From an uncultured Methanosarcinaceae archaeon (GTDB lineage Archaea; Halobacteriota; Methanosarcinia; Methanosarcinales; Methanosarcinaceae), in assembly GCA_963847185.1 (NCBI GenBank), contig CAWJYV010000010.1:416001-480000 (forward strand): a stretch of 64,000 nucleotides of DNA, in the 5' to 3' direction. Below are positions 9,925 through 20,022 of the stretch, piece by piece. The translations under genes were made by a program, and so were the position numbers. The stretch's first letter is position 1; each line of letters begins with the position of its first letter. Under the pieces are notes generated by a model. It saw only the letters and a list, made by a program, of their open reading frames with translations, was not told the DNA's origin and searched no databases.

Positions 9925-10070
9925 GGTTCTGTTGCAAAAAATCTGGTTATTTTACAAAACCAGTGAGAAACATCACAATTGGGATATATAGGAGCCATAA
10001 AACAAGTCAATTATGGAACAAAAAGGATTATCATCCTAAAGGATAGAAAAATTATTTTTGCAACAGGACC
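9925..10070. mobile_element. 146-bp MITE with IS6-family-like terminal inverted repeats
   Basis: GGTTCTGTTGCAAAAA ... TTTTTGCAACAGGACC (15/16 inverted match); resembles IS257/IS26 ends; no transposase. Confidence 0.75.
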
Positions 10071-10302
10071 GCCTAACTTGAGAACAGGAGCAGGAAACAC
10101 TAGTCATGTGAACACGGTTGTTTAACTTGAAGGTTTTTAAACCAGAACTCACCAAGCTATTGGTTTTTAAGGCATTCTTTAACTTATGGAAAAATACTCT
10201 TTTTTAGTTTTTGGGAACTCAGAAACAATATTTTTGAAATATTTAAAAAAAGTTTTTGTGAAAAAAATATTTGGTTTTTTCCTTTCTTTAACCCCCTAAC
10301 CT

Positions 10303-10590
10303 TAAAACTTAACCCCCAAAACCAAGTTTTCCCAAGCCTCAACCCTCTCCAAAACGTGGCTGTTAAGTGTAAAAGGTTTATCACTTTTGCGTTTGTTTCA
10401 TGTAATGCAAATTTCCCTTATAGAACCCTAATTTTTTCAAATCAATGTAAGAAATACTCAGGGTCTTTTACCTAATTTCTTGGGAATCAACCCTCTGAAC
10501 CCCAGATTCAAGCAAAGCATACCCATAATTTAGCATGGTATTTACCATGTTTCCTGAACCCATAGGTCTTCTATACTGGCCAATTCTTGA
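10303..10590 (-). pseudogene. cas1: casposase remnant 2 (3' end fused to the MGSGD/MLNYGY segment; ~380-nt internal deletion; frameshifts)
   Basis: 10303-10503 aligns by eye to about 7960-8161; 10504-10590 aligns to about 8541-8626. Confidence 0.9.
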
Positions 10591-10679
10591 TTAAACAAAA
10601 CAGAACAAATGATTTTAATATGTAAAAACACGATTTATAAAAATTGGAAGTAGGGAGTAAATTTTGAACTTTTCGAGAT

Positions 10680-11114
10680 TTATTTAATAACAATAGTCTT
10701 ATGAACCCACATCTTTTTACCACAATCTTTACACTTAATAGTCAAACAGCTAATGTAATAACCGGTTTTTGAAAACTTGTGTACCGGATTTTTTAGTGAT
10801 GAAGTAATTTTTTTTCCTTCGAGATGTTTTCCATCTCCAAAGTCCCATCTGATGTATGTCTCTTTACCTTTTGATAGATCCTTAAATTTTACTACTCGCG
10901 GATCGCTTGAAGAAGCGGCTACCGCTGTATAATCAATGTGAGAATGCCCGCATTTGCAGGACAGACAGGCTGTTGCTGGAGGGGTTCCTGCACCAAGAGG
11001 AGTCTTGGTTACAGAAATTTTTGCAGAGGCTCCTGCAGACAATAAAGTCAATATCATTAATACGGTGAAAACAGATAATGTTATTTTCCATATAGACTTT
11101 CCAGTATTTTTCAT
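10680..11114 (-). CDS. small secreted single-PKD-domain protein, Cys-rich
   Basis: Signal peptide; F.DLS...WDFGDG...NPVH.F...G.Y PKD motif. Confidence 0.85.
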   Translation of the reverse strand: MKNTGKSIWKITLSVFTVLMILTLLSAGASAKISVTKTPLGAGTPPATACLSCKCGHSHIDYTAVAASSSDPRVVKFKDLSKGKETYIRWDFGDGKHLEGKKITSSLKNPVHKFSKTGYYISCLTIKCKDCGKKMWVHKTIVIK

Positions 11115-11457
11115 ATAATTCTCTCCTGTTTTTTCTTAGTTTTATTCGGGAAACCCGTAACCAAAAGTTCCAGGGAAAATTAACATATAAACATACTTAT
11201 TTTCATGATATCTCATAAAAATCAGAAAGCGGATTTGAAGCTTTGTAATGCTTTATTTTCAGGCTAAAAACATTATGACATATGAAAATAGATTTAATAT
11301 TTATTTGATTTGATTTAAAAAGGGAATGTAAGTCTTTTAGACATGTAACACTGTCAAATCTCTTTAGGTTATTCTAATATGGCAATCGGCAGTCTGTCTA
11401 AAAAAAGATTGATGAATCGGGGAAATAGTGTAAGATTGACTTGGAGAAGAAATAAGT

Positions 11458-11506
11458 GCTAAAATTACAAGAAACCTGAAAAGTTTCTGTTAATAATAAG
11501 CTAAAC
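11458..11506 (-). pseudogene. cas1: casposase remnant 3 (~50 nt, SLAYDLQEPFRFLVDLA region)
   Basis: GCTAAAATTACAAGAAACCTGAAAAGTTTCTGT...GCTAAAC aligns to 8412-8460. Confidence 0.7.
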
Positions 11507-11641
11507 ATGATTTATTTAAGCCATTGATAGATATATTTTAAAATAAAATAACATTTTTACAAAGAAATAATTAAATATTAAAACTTTCTTATTATAGATA
11601 GAAAAGCTAAAATTCAATAAGCAAAATCGGGGGATGGATAT

Positions 11642-11764
11642 ATGGGGGACGAAATATCCGACGAGGATAAAAGGAGACTGGCTATTTTCCTGCTTGTCTT
11701 CTGTTTACTGACAATAACAATTACAGCATTTATGGATTATTTCACAATCTTTCAGGCCATTTAG
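11642..11764 (+). CDS. 40-aa single-TM microprotein (MGDEISDEDKRRLAIFLLVFCLLTITITAF...), copy A
   Basis: Hand-translated; paralog at 12917 keeps the frame and the upstream region. Confidence 0.65.
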   Translation: MGDEISDEDKRRLAIFLLVFCLLTITITAFMDYFTIFQAI

Positions 11765-11881
11765 ACTTTTTAACTTCAGGTCAACGTCAAATATACCATT
11801 ATGATAAAACGACAAGAAATATTATGGGAAAGCATTTTATTTGGATGCTCAGGAGAAAACTTAATCAGAGCTCCCGAAACT

Positions 11882-12163
11882 AGTTTTCCCAGGCCTTAAC
11901 CCTCTCCAAAACATGGCTGTTAAGGGTGAAGGGCTTATCATTTTTGGCACCTTGTTTCATGTAATGCAAAGTTCCTTTAGTTTAGGCTGCAATTTTCAGT
12001 TACAATGAAATTCTTCTTATCCATTGTACTTTTTCAGCTAAATTTATGACTGCTAAATATACAAGAAACCAGAAACCTGAAAGGTTCCTGTAAATCTTAG
12101 GCTAAACTGTTTTTGCTCGGGTTCATTTTTATAAAAACCCCGCATGAGGATCTAAACCAACAG
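11882..12163 (-). pseudogene. cas1: casposase remnant 4 (3' end fused to the GLDPH..TENY segment; ~260-nt internal deletion)
   Basis: 11882-11980 aligns to about 7981-8078; 11981-12163 aligns to about 8340-8517. Confidence 0.9.
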
Positions 12164-12332
12164 GTAAAATGGCTCAAATGATAGAGTCAATACAAAGAAT
12201 CAAATACCTGAAAACTCTTCAGAACTCTTTGAGATATTCATGGCCAATTGGGAGCAGATACACAGGGGCTTAACCCTGCTATCTTTTTTGTGGAAATTCG
12301 ACGTCCCAATTGAAGCACAAGAGGATTTTTTG

Positions 12333-12719
12333 ATGAAAAAGATATGTCTTTTATTAGTTATGCTACTAATTACGAGCGTATTTAGTGGCTGCATCGGACA
12401 GGAACAAAACTCAGAAGTTAACAATACGACAACACCTTCGTACAACAGTACCCAGAACAGGCATCCCAGTTTCTGGTCAATGATGTTCTGGTCGAGTCTC
12501 TGGAGCAGATATGTAACACCAGGCATCCAGGCTGCAAAATACCGCGCTACTCCCGACACCGCAACAAAAAAAGACGCTTCAACCCCCTCAAAAAAAGTTG
12601 ACGCAAAAGACCCAACAGAAACAGCAAATAAAAAATCAGTAAGCCCGGATTCCGGAAACAAACCAAAACCTAGAGTAAAAACAACTACTGCACGAATTAG
12701 GCGAAGCGGAAGACGTTAA
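12333..12719 (+). CDS. lipoprotein of unknown function with Trp-rich patch and basic C-terminus
   Basis: GAGGA upstream; MKKICLLLVMLLITSVFSGC lipobox. Confidence 0.8.
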   Translation: MKKICLLLVMLLITSVFSGCIGQEQNSEVNNTTTPSYNSTQNRHPSFWSMMFWSSLWSRYVTPGIQAAKYRATPDTATKKDASTPSKKVDAKDPTETANKKSVSPDSGNKPKPRVKTTTARIRRSGRR

Positions 12720-12916
12720 TATATATTTTAACTTGGTCATATTGACCTGGTCATGACTTCCAATTCATTTTTTATTTCTCTGAATGCCAGGTACTATTTT
12801 AGCGTTTTTTCCCATATAATTCAATATTTTTACAAAGAAATAGATAAATATTGAAACATCATAATTATCAATATTAAAAATAAAATTGACTCGGCAATAA
12901 TATGGGGTGTTGCTAT

Positions 12917-13048
12917 ATGGAAATAGAAATATCCGACAAGGAAAGAAGAAGGATTACTATTTTCCTGCTAATCTCGTGTTTACTGGCAATAACAGTTACA
13001 GCGTGTATATGTAATTTAACAACCTTTCTAGCCGGTTATCTGTTCTAA
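12917..13048 (+). CDS. 43-aa single-TM microprotein (MEIEISDKERRRITIFLLISCLLAITVTAC...), copy B
   Basis: Hand-translated; GGGGTG RBS; paralog of 11642-11764. Confidence 0.65.
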   Translation: MEIEISDKERRRITIFLLISCLLAITVTACICNLTTFLAGYLF

Positions 13049-13181
13049 CTTTCCCCAGGATACTTTAATCTTGAGTTATAATTCTTATTTACTATTTTCA
13101 ATTACAGTGAACTTAAAAAAGGCAATAAATTAGATAGTAAGTTAGTCTTCTATCCTACTATCAATTGCACTTGATTCTATT

Positions 13182-16121
13182 TCATCTTCGTTTATACAGG
13201 AATGCTCCAAGAAGACCAATTATGCAGGAAATTATTTCAAATCCGGGAGTACTTACGTTTTCTTTCTGAGGAGTATTTGTTTTTTCTGCTTCCTCAGATT
13301 TTTCAACGTCTGATGCTGTAATTCCATTTTTTTGTCCGGGATCCTGTGTGCTGGTTTCAGGCAGGATTCCAATCACATTTCCTTTTCCTGCTGTCCTGGC
13401 AGTTATTGCAAATGGAGAGAATCCAGGGGTTCCTGCTGTGAAATACAGATAGCTATTGTCTTCTTTGACGAAGGCTGTTGGAAGTTCGTTCCATTTCTTG
13501 TCACTGTATCTGTTCAGGATTATTGAAGACTGGTCAATTTCTTTACCTTTTATCCAGTCCTTTTCGACTTTGAAACAGATGACGCCGTTTTCGAGATTAT
13601 CTGCATCACTTCCATAACCCCCGTTTCCAACCCAGATATTGAGGTAGTTGTAGACCTCGCCTTCAGGCGTCTCCGGAGTAAGCGTGGATTTACTTTTAAG
13701 CATCTCGACAATGGCTGTTGTCTTACCAACGGTCTTTTTTGGATCAAAGCATAAGTAAACAATATCAGTGGCATCATTTGTAAAATCAAACTTTGCAGGA
13801 TTTCCACCTGTAATGAAGACCTGACAAAGTTCCTTTACTTTGACATTCTTTGCAGGCTCGGGAGAACCAGCACCTCCACCACTTCCACCGCTTCCTCCAC
13901 TGTTGCTATCGCCGCTTGAACCTGTCTGGCTCAGTGCTGTTATTGTAGCCGTTTTTGTGTCAGTTCCGTCTGCATTGCTCGTTATAAGGCTAACGTCGTA
14001 GGTTCCTGCCGAGGAATAAGTATGCATCGGATTTTGCTCAGTTGAAGTACATTCGTCTCCAAATTTCCAGTACCATGAAGTTGGAAACCCTGTGCTTGTA
14101 TCCTCAAACTGAACGATCAAGGGTATATTTCCATATGTCGTGCTTGAACTGAAGTTCGATGACGGAGGGTGTGATAGGGCTGTGATGTAATTCACTTTTT
14201 GAATAGAATCTGATCCGAATTCATTTACTACGGTCAGGTTAACAGTATAATTTCCGATATTCGAATATTCATATATCGGATTCTGAAGCGTTGATGTATT
14301 TCCATCGCCGAAATCCCACAACCAGGATTCTGGAAGTCCGGTTGATGTGTCATTGAACGCCACACTTAGCGGGCGTGGACCGGTTGTGGAATTGCTGCTG
14401 AAGCTGGCAGCTGGAGCTGTCGGTGGAATAACAGTAATTGCCTGGAGCATGGAATCACTGGAAACTTCATTTGCTACAGTTAGATTAGCCGTATAGACTC
14501 CAGGAGTTGCATACGTATGAGTAGCGTCTGCACTATTACTTACAGGCGAACCATCCCCGAAATCAAGCAGTTCTGTGGTCTGGTTGACGCTGCAATCCTT
14601 AAAAATCACACTTTTTCCAGCAAATATGCTGTTTCTGGAAACTTCATAATTTGCAGTCACACTGGAAAATCTTGGAGGTGGCACCCAGGAAGAATTGCCC
14701 AGATCTCCCATGTGATAGAATGCCCCGCCATTACGACTTGTATAATCAAGAATCGACTCCAGTCTATCCGTTGAAGTCTGATATGAGATAGTGACATTTG
14801 GAGTGATCGTATGCCCATATAACACAAGTACGGTTCCTGTTTTTATTGCGTAATCGATCCCGTCTTCTATAGACTGCAAGCTAGCACCGGACCGGTCATC
14901 TATTTCAACACCATACAGAAGTTGAGAATCGTCCCACTTGTAATAAGCCAGTGTTGTTTCGTTTACGTTCCCGTTTACAAGCGTGGGAGTTCTCGTTCGA
15001 AGTGTCCGGAAATATGGAGATAATGCTACATCTGTATCTGCATTTCTACTCGAATAAGGGTATGCAAGAGTAAAAACCGGATAACCATAGCGGGTGATCT
15101 CTACGATATTAGGGAATATTTCCTGGCTTAGCCATGCTGTAGGAGGGTTATCATTTACAAACTGAACTGAGTTTATGTGATTGTATCCATGGCAGGCTAC
15201 TTCCCATCCAGCCGAATGCAGTGCATTTAATTCATTTATTACGGCCTGTGATCTGGTACTTACTTTATTTACATTAATAGTACACGTAGCATTATATTTC
15301 TGGAACATTGACAAATATGGGTAACAGGTTTCGATATGTGCTGAATCGTCCCAGGAGAGAGCAATGCCTCCAGGTTTGTCTAATTTCTTTATGCTCCGGA
15401 GATCATTGCCATATAAATTTAAGACCTCAGATGGATTTAATGTTCTGTTATACAAATAAAAAGCATAGATTGACCCGTTTAGCCCATACGCAGTATCAGG
15501 GGAAGATCCTATCGTCCAGTTACCCTTCTGATCAGTGATATAGTCTGGACCTGGAGCAGCAGCTGTATAGTTTACACCTTTCCCATTCGCAATTCCATTG
15601 AGATATAATTGAGCGTGAGAGCCATCGTATGTCACAATAGCTTCATAATCTTTATCAGGCTGGATACGGCTCTCACCTGAACCGGAAATAGTATAATCAT
15701 TTGCATTAAATTCATACATCAGCGTTGAATTCCTGTGGTCAATGCCGATCTTGAAAATATTATTGCCTTTGGAAACCAGGTATGTATAACGAGCCGGATT
15801 GCTGGAATTATAACGAAAAAATACCCCACATGTTATATTCGGATCAGTAAATGCCAGCTTTTCATTGTCAGGTATTGTTATCCTATTTTTTCCGTTAAAA
15901 TGCCTTGCTATTTGTTCAGTTGGTAAAATAAAAGTTGTACTGCCGTTATTTATACCATTATTTCCGTATTCGGAATTGTCAACTATAGTATCCCCTGTGT
16001 CTTCACACCAGTTATAATACACGATTTGATTTGCGTCCGCACATGCATTGCCAGCCAGACCTGTTATGAATATGAACAATAGTCCACATATCGCGTATAT
16101 TTTAAAAAACTGAATTTTCAT
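13182..16121 (-). CDS. cell-surface glycoprotein: LamG-like, polysaccharide deacetylase (NodB), 3 PKD, PGF-pre-PGF and PGF-CTERM domains
   Basis: Signal peptide; LSWDD, GWEVACHGYNH and LAYPY; WDFGDG repeats; TPGFSPFAI; terminal TPGF + TM + KRR. Confidence 0.9.
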   Translation of the reverse strand: MKIQFFKIYAICGLLFIFITGLAGNACADANQIVYYNWCEDTGDTIVDNSEYGNNGINNGSTTFILPTEQIARHFNGKNRITIPDNEKLAFTDPNITCGVFFRYNSSNPARYTYLVSKGNNIFKIGIDHRNSTLMYEFNANDYTISGSGESRIQPDKDYEAIVTYDGSHAQLYLNGIANGKGVNYTAAAPGPDYITDQKGNWTIGSSPDTAYGLNGSIYAFYLYNRTLNPSEVLNLYGNDLRSIKKLDKPGGIALSWDDSAHIETCYPYLSMFQKYNATCTINVNKVSTRSQAVINELNALHSAGWEVACHGYNHINSVQFVNDNPPTAWLSQEIFPNIVEITRYGYPVFTLAYPYSSRNADTDVALSPYFRTLRTRTPTLVNGNVNETTLAYYKWDDSQLLYGVEIDDRSGASLQSIEDGIDYAIKTGTVLVLYGHTITPNVTISYQTSTDRLESILDYTSRNGGAFYHMGDLGNSSWVPPPRFSSVTANYEVSRNSIFAGKSVIFKDCSVNQTTELLDFGDGSPVSNSADATHTYATPGVYTANLTVANEVSSDSMLQAITVIPPTAPAASFSSNSTTGPRPLSVAFNDTSTGLPESWLWDFGDGNTSTLQNPIYEYSNIGNYTVNLTVVNEFGSDSIQKVNYITALSHPPSSNFSSSTTYGNIPLIVQFEDTSTGFPTSWYWKFGDECTSTEQNPMHTYSSAGTYDVSLITSNADGTDTKTATITALSQTGSSGDSNSGGSGGSGGGAGSPEPAKNVKVKELCQVFITGGNPAKFDFTNDATDIVYLCFDPKKTVGKTTAIVEMLKSKSTLTPETPEGEVYNYLNIWVGNGGYGSDADNLENGVICFKVEKDWIKGKEIDQSSIILNRYSDKKWNELPTAFVKEDNSYLYFTAGTPGFSPFAITARTAGKGNVIGILPETSTQDPGQKNGITASDVEKSEEAEKTNTPQKENVSTPGFEIISCIIGLLGAFLYKRR

Positions 16122-16790
16122 TGTAATTAAACCCCTTAAATGAAATAAATGTTGAAGTATTCTATCCAAAAAGCAATTTTAGTGCCGCATTTTTCCCTTA
16201 TAGTCCAAATTCCTTCATTTTGACAAAATGAAATAATATTATTCTCATTTTGATTTACTCCAACTTCATTATTGTCTGAGTATTTACATAGTGTGACCCT
16301 CGTGTTAGGACTGTAAAATTCAAAAATTCTTTACTATGATATTGATCTAATAATCACAAAGCCAGGGTTTGAACGAATAATCCAATTAGTAAACAATGTT
16401 AAAATAATTATACAGGTCAAACATTATAACTTTTTTGTCCAGTATGTGATAATTATATAATATACATTATTAATATAGACGCATTTAAGGTAAAGAAATA
16501 CATATAGGAATATAGAAACTAGATATTTCCAATAATGTAGAAAAACAAGGAATGATAAAATGCATAAAGAGAGAAAAAGCACTGTAATTGTCTATGAAAA
16601 CAAAAAATTGATTTATAGAAAATATATCTAAATAAGCCTAATAAGTAGAAAAAATGAATAAGAAAGACTATCTGGACAATAACTCTTTCTTAAGTTTCAT
16701 TTCATTAGCGCAAATTCTCCTCAAATAATCCTGAGATTACAGACAGAAAAAATATTGAGGACTTTTCTTCTTCATCCATTTGAACCGGCA

Positions 16791-18152
16791 TTAGAACACT
16801 CCTTTTGGCCCTGCTGACAACGCTTCAAGCCAGGGGAAGTCTTTTCTCATAGACGCATTCTTAATCACCTGTTCTACATACCCCTTATCAACGTTAACGT
16901 CGGATGTGGAATTTGCGTATAAGTAATTTCCACCGGCGTTGTTTGAGAGGCAGTTGTTTTCCAGGATGAAGGAATGAGTGCCATTCAGCTTATTAAATAC
17001 TGCATATCCTTTTCCGGCTGTACGGCTTGGCTGTGTATTAATAATTATATTATTTTTTACAAGGGTTGTGTATCCGGATTCCGGGGCTGCAAAGGCTTTA
17101 ACTCTTTTGTGGGCTATGGCTGCGCCGTAGCACCCATCAAAGAAATTATTCTCTATGATGGTGTTCTGGAAGCCGTTAAGCACTATGCCGCCTCCCCAGT
17201 CAGCGCCCTGGTTGATGCTGGTGTCATAAAACCTGTTATTATGGATGTATATGTCTTTTGCATCATCTTTGGAGTATTTGGATCCGTAGCCTGTAATCCA
17301 GATGCCTGCGGCGTTGGTTTCATACAGGAGGTTATTGTATATCTCGATGTCATCCATTACGGTTGATGAGCCTTCTTTCTGGATCTGGATGCCTGCGCCT
17401 CCTTCCCCTTCGGAGTTAATGGTGTTGTTGTAGAAATTTATGTGGTTTGAGTTGTAAGCTCTCAGGCCGCTGTTTGTCCTGCAGGTTATTTTGTTGTTCC
17501 AGGCTTCTATGTTTGAGGAATAGACGGCATAGAGGACATCATGACCCAGTTTGTATACTGTGTTATTATAGAACTCGATGTTTGAACACCTACTAACTTT
17601 CAGGCCATCTCCATGGCTATCGTGCATGTACATATCATGAACTTTTATGTTTTCGGATTCAAGGAAATGAATCAGATTGTAATAGCTTTGCCCATTAATT
17701 TTATCCTCGTTCTTGTCGTGGTTTCCGTAGATCTCAAATCCCCTTATAGTAATATCAGTATTTCCGGAGCTGTCCATCTGTGTAATAAGAGGTTTTTCTG
17801 CTGGCCAATCTGCATTATCTTCAAGTTTTATTACAGCTGTTGAATCGCCTTCCAGGATTGTATTGCTTCCAATAAGAATACTGTCTGAGATCACGTATGT
17901 AATATTGCCTTCCAGGTGAACGGTTGAGTATTCAGGATTTTCTGCCACGTAAGCAAGAGCCTTATTTATCTCAACCTGATCATCAACACCATCACATACG
18001 AAATCCCCACTCTCATTAGTAGTTACATACACAATTTTGCCAGAAGGCTCTGGCAGGAAGAAAATTATAATTGAGATTAAAAAAATAAAAAGCAAGAGTG
18101 AAATTACTATTTTTCTGATTCCCCATTTGTTAGTTTGTAGTTCTTCGTCCAT
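16791..18152 (-). CDS. membrane-anchored right-handed beta-helix protein (disaggregatase-related)
   Basis: N-terminal TM; GDF.CDG.DDQVEIN.AL and HDSHGDGL; parallel beta-helix repeats. Confidence 0.85.
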   Translation of the reverse strand: MDEELQTNKWGIRKIVISLLLFIFLISIIIFFLPEPSGKIVYVTTNESGDFVCDGVDDQVEINKALAYVAENPEYSTVHLEGNITYVISDSILIGSNTILEGDSTAVIKLEDNADWPAEKPLITQMDSSGNTDITIRGFEIYGNHDKNEDKINGQSYYNLIHFLESENIKVHDMYMHDSHGDGLKVSRCSNIEFYNNTVYKLGHDVLYAVYSSNIEAWNNKITCRTNSGLRAYNSNHINFYNNTINSEGEGGAGIQIQKEGSSTVMDDIEIYNNLLYETNAAGIWITGYGSKYSKDDAKDIYIHNNRFYDTSINQGADWGGGIVLNGFQNTIIENNFFDGCYGAAIAHKRVKAFAAPESGYTTLVKNNIIINTQPSRTAGKGYAVFNKLNGTHSFILENNCLSNNAGGNYLYANSTSDVNVDKGYVEQVIKNASMRKDFPWLEALSAGPKGVF

Positions 18153-18582
18153 TTTACATCCTCAAACAAATAAAACTATATCTTTCATATATTAAAAAAA
18201 TTTACCTGTTAAAAATTGTAAAAGACCTTTTTGAAGATGTCTGGACATTCAGCAGGGCCCTGACTGCTAAAATCAATTAATAGCTTTCCTGAATACGTTC
18301 TTTGAAGGTTCTATTCCTAGGAAAATTTTCTTTACCATAAAAGAAAGATTTGGCGAAAATATCGGAAAAAGCTCATAATATAATTATATTTTTACAGTTT
18401 TATTATGACAAAATATTATATATTTGGAGATATAACATTTAAATGTCAAATTGAATAAATAGTGAAATGAGCAAACCACCTCAAGTTGAAAATGTAGAAT
18501 TAAGTCGCTTCAAAGCAAAAATAATTATTGAAAACAGAATGCAGGGATCTGGCATCTACAAAATCTCTGGTGAGGTGATAAA

Positions 18583-19035
18583 ATAAGTCCTGATGAATCT
18601 AAAGACAAAAGAGCAGAAAATGAAAACTCAAATAATGAATTTTTTGATCTTACGGCAATTCCCCTTCCAAAAACCGATAATTCACTATATTCGATTTTGA
18701 ATTCCTTAAATCAGAATATTGCAGACTTTTATACTCTTGTGAAATTCAACAGTTATCTATCTGAAGACCACCTGAATGTCGAACTACTTAAAAGAAGTAT
18801 GAGTATTCACAGGGATTTTGCAGTTCTCTTCCTCCATACCAAAGAAGAAATGGTATTCACTGCCCACTCAGAATTTTTGGAGAAAGTGGAAAGATTGTTG
18901 TTCAAAGGAGAAGTGAGTAATAATTGCATAAACTATACCTGCAAATTATGCAGGATAATAAATGACTATAAAATAGCCTTACACATAGAGGGATATCTGC
19001 CAGATCCGAAAATAAGCTCACTGTCTCCAGTTTAG
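18583..19035 (+). CDS. hypothetical protein; frame is open from ATA18583 after GAGGTGA (track start TTG18697)
   Basis: Open frame and a strong SD; no recognisable family. Confidence 0.5.
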   Translation: MSPDESKDKRAENENSNNEFFDLTAIPLPKTDNSLYSILNSLNQNIADFYTLVKFNSYLSEDHLNVELLKRSMSIHRDFAVLFLHTKEEMVFTAHSEFLEKVERLLFKGEVSNNCINYTCKLCRIINDYKIALHIEGYLPDPKISSLSPV

Positions 19036-19202
19036 TTATCTAATTATCTGCCTGATTATCTGCCAACTTGTCCTTCTCTCCAGGTTTCTTTTTCTAGAAG
19101 TGAAGAAGTATTAACCGGAATCTCTTACCCTAGCTTTCTCACAAAGTACTATGGGATGCAACTATTCACTGCTGCAACCTGATGCAGCGGGCGAAAACAA
19201 TG

Positions 19203-19275
19203 ACTGATAGAAAAGGACTGATAAAAAAGGACTGATAAAAAAGAACTGATAAAAAAGAACTGATAAAAAAGAACT
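19203..19275. repeat. 5 copies of the 14-bp unit ACTGATAAAAAAG(G/A)
   Basis: Directly visible. Confidence 0.95.
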
Positions 19276-19404
19276 TGATATGTAACTGCTGGATAAAAAA
19301 AAGTTGTTTTTGTCCTGCCCATCGAATTATTAGATAGGGGGCTTATTCAAAAAGCCCTGTTTTTATCTAATACTTCTGCTTATACGCCGGAGTAAAAATA
19401 TTCT

Positions 19405-19542
19405 TTACTCGGCATCAACGCGTTTGATGGTTGTAGGACGCTCTTTTACGAGAATTCTGTGTCCGCAATAGGGACACCTTATACCTGTGTACTCGTAGTC
19501 GATTTCTACTTTCTGTTTACAGCGAGTGCATTTATACCCCAT
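19405..19542 (-). CDS. rpoP: RNA polymerase subunit P (Rpo12), 45 aa, not in ORF track
   Basis: [36 protein letters not shown]; follows rpl37ae. Confidence 0.97.
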   Translation of the reverse strand: MGYKCTRCKQKVEIDYEYTGIRCPYCGHRILVKERPTTIKRVDAE

Positions 19543-19562
19543 ACAACCACAACCTTAGAGTT

Positions 19563-19859
<297 letters not shown>

Positions 19860-20022
19860 TTAAAATGTAATTCTTGCTCTAAAGTGATCAACTCAGAACC
19901 GATGGTTCAAGGGCCAGTCCCTGGAACCAGAGGAAAGTGGTTCTGCTTATCACCTATTGCAAGTGCGCTTAGACCGTAATACTGGCATTTAATATTTATA
20001 TTTAATTAATCACAGCCCTGAT

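Noticed and set aside
10184-10384. 66-aa ORF in the track
   Set aside because: It is an out-of-frame reading of cas1 remnant 2.
2914-19275. Intact active casposon
   Set aside because: No PolB, cas1 is truncated, and no matching second target duplication was found.
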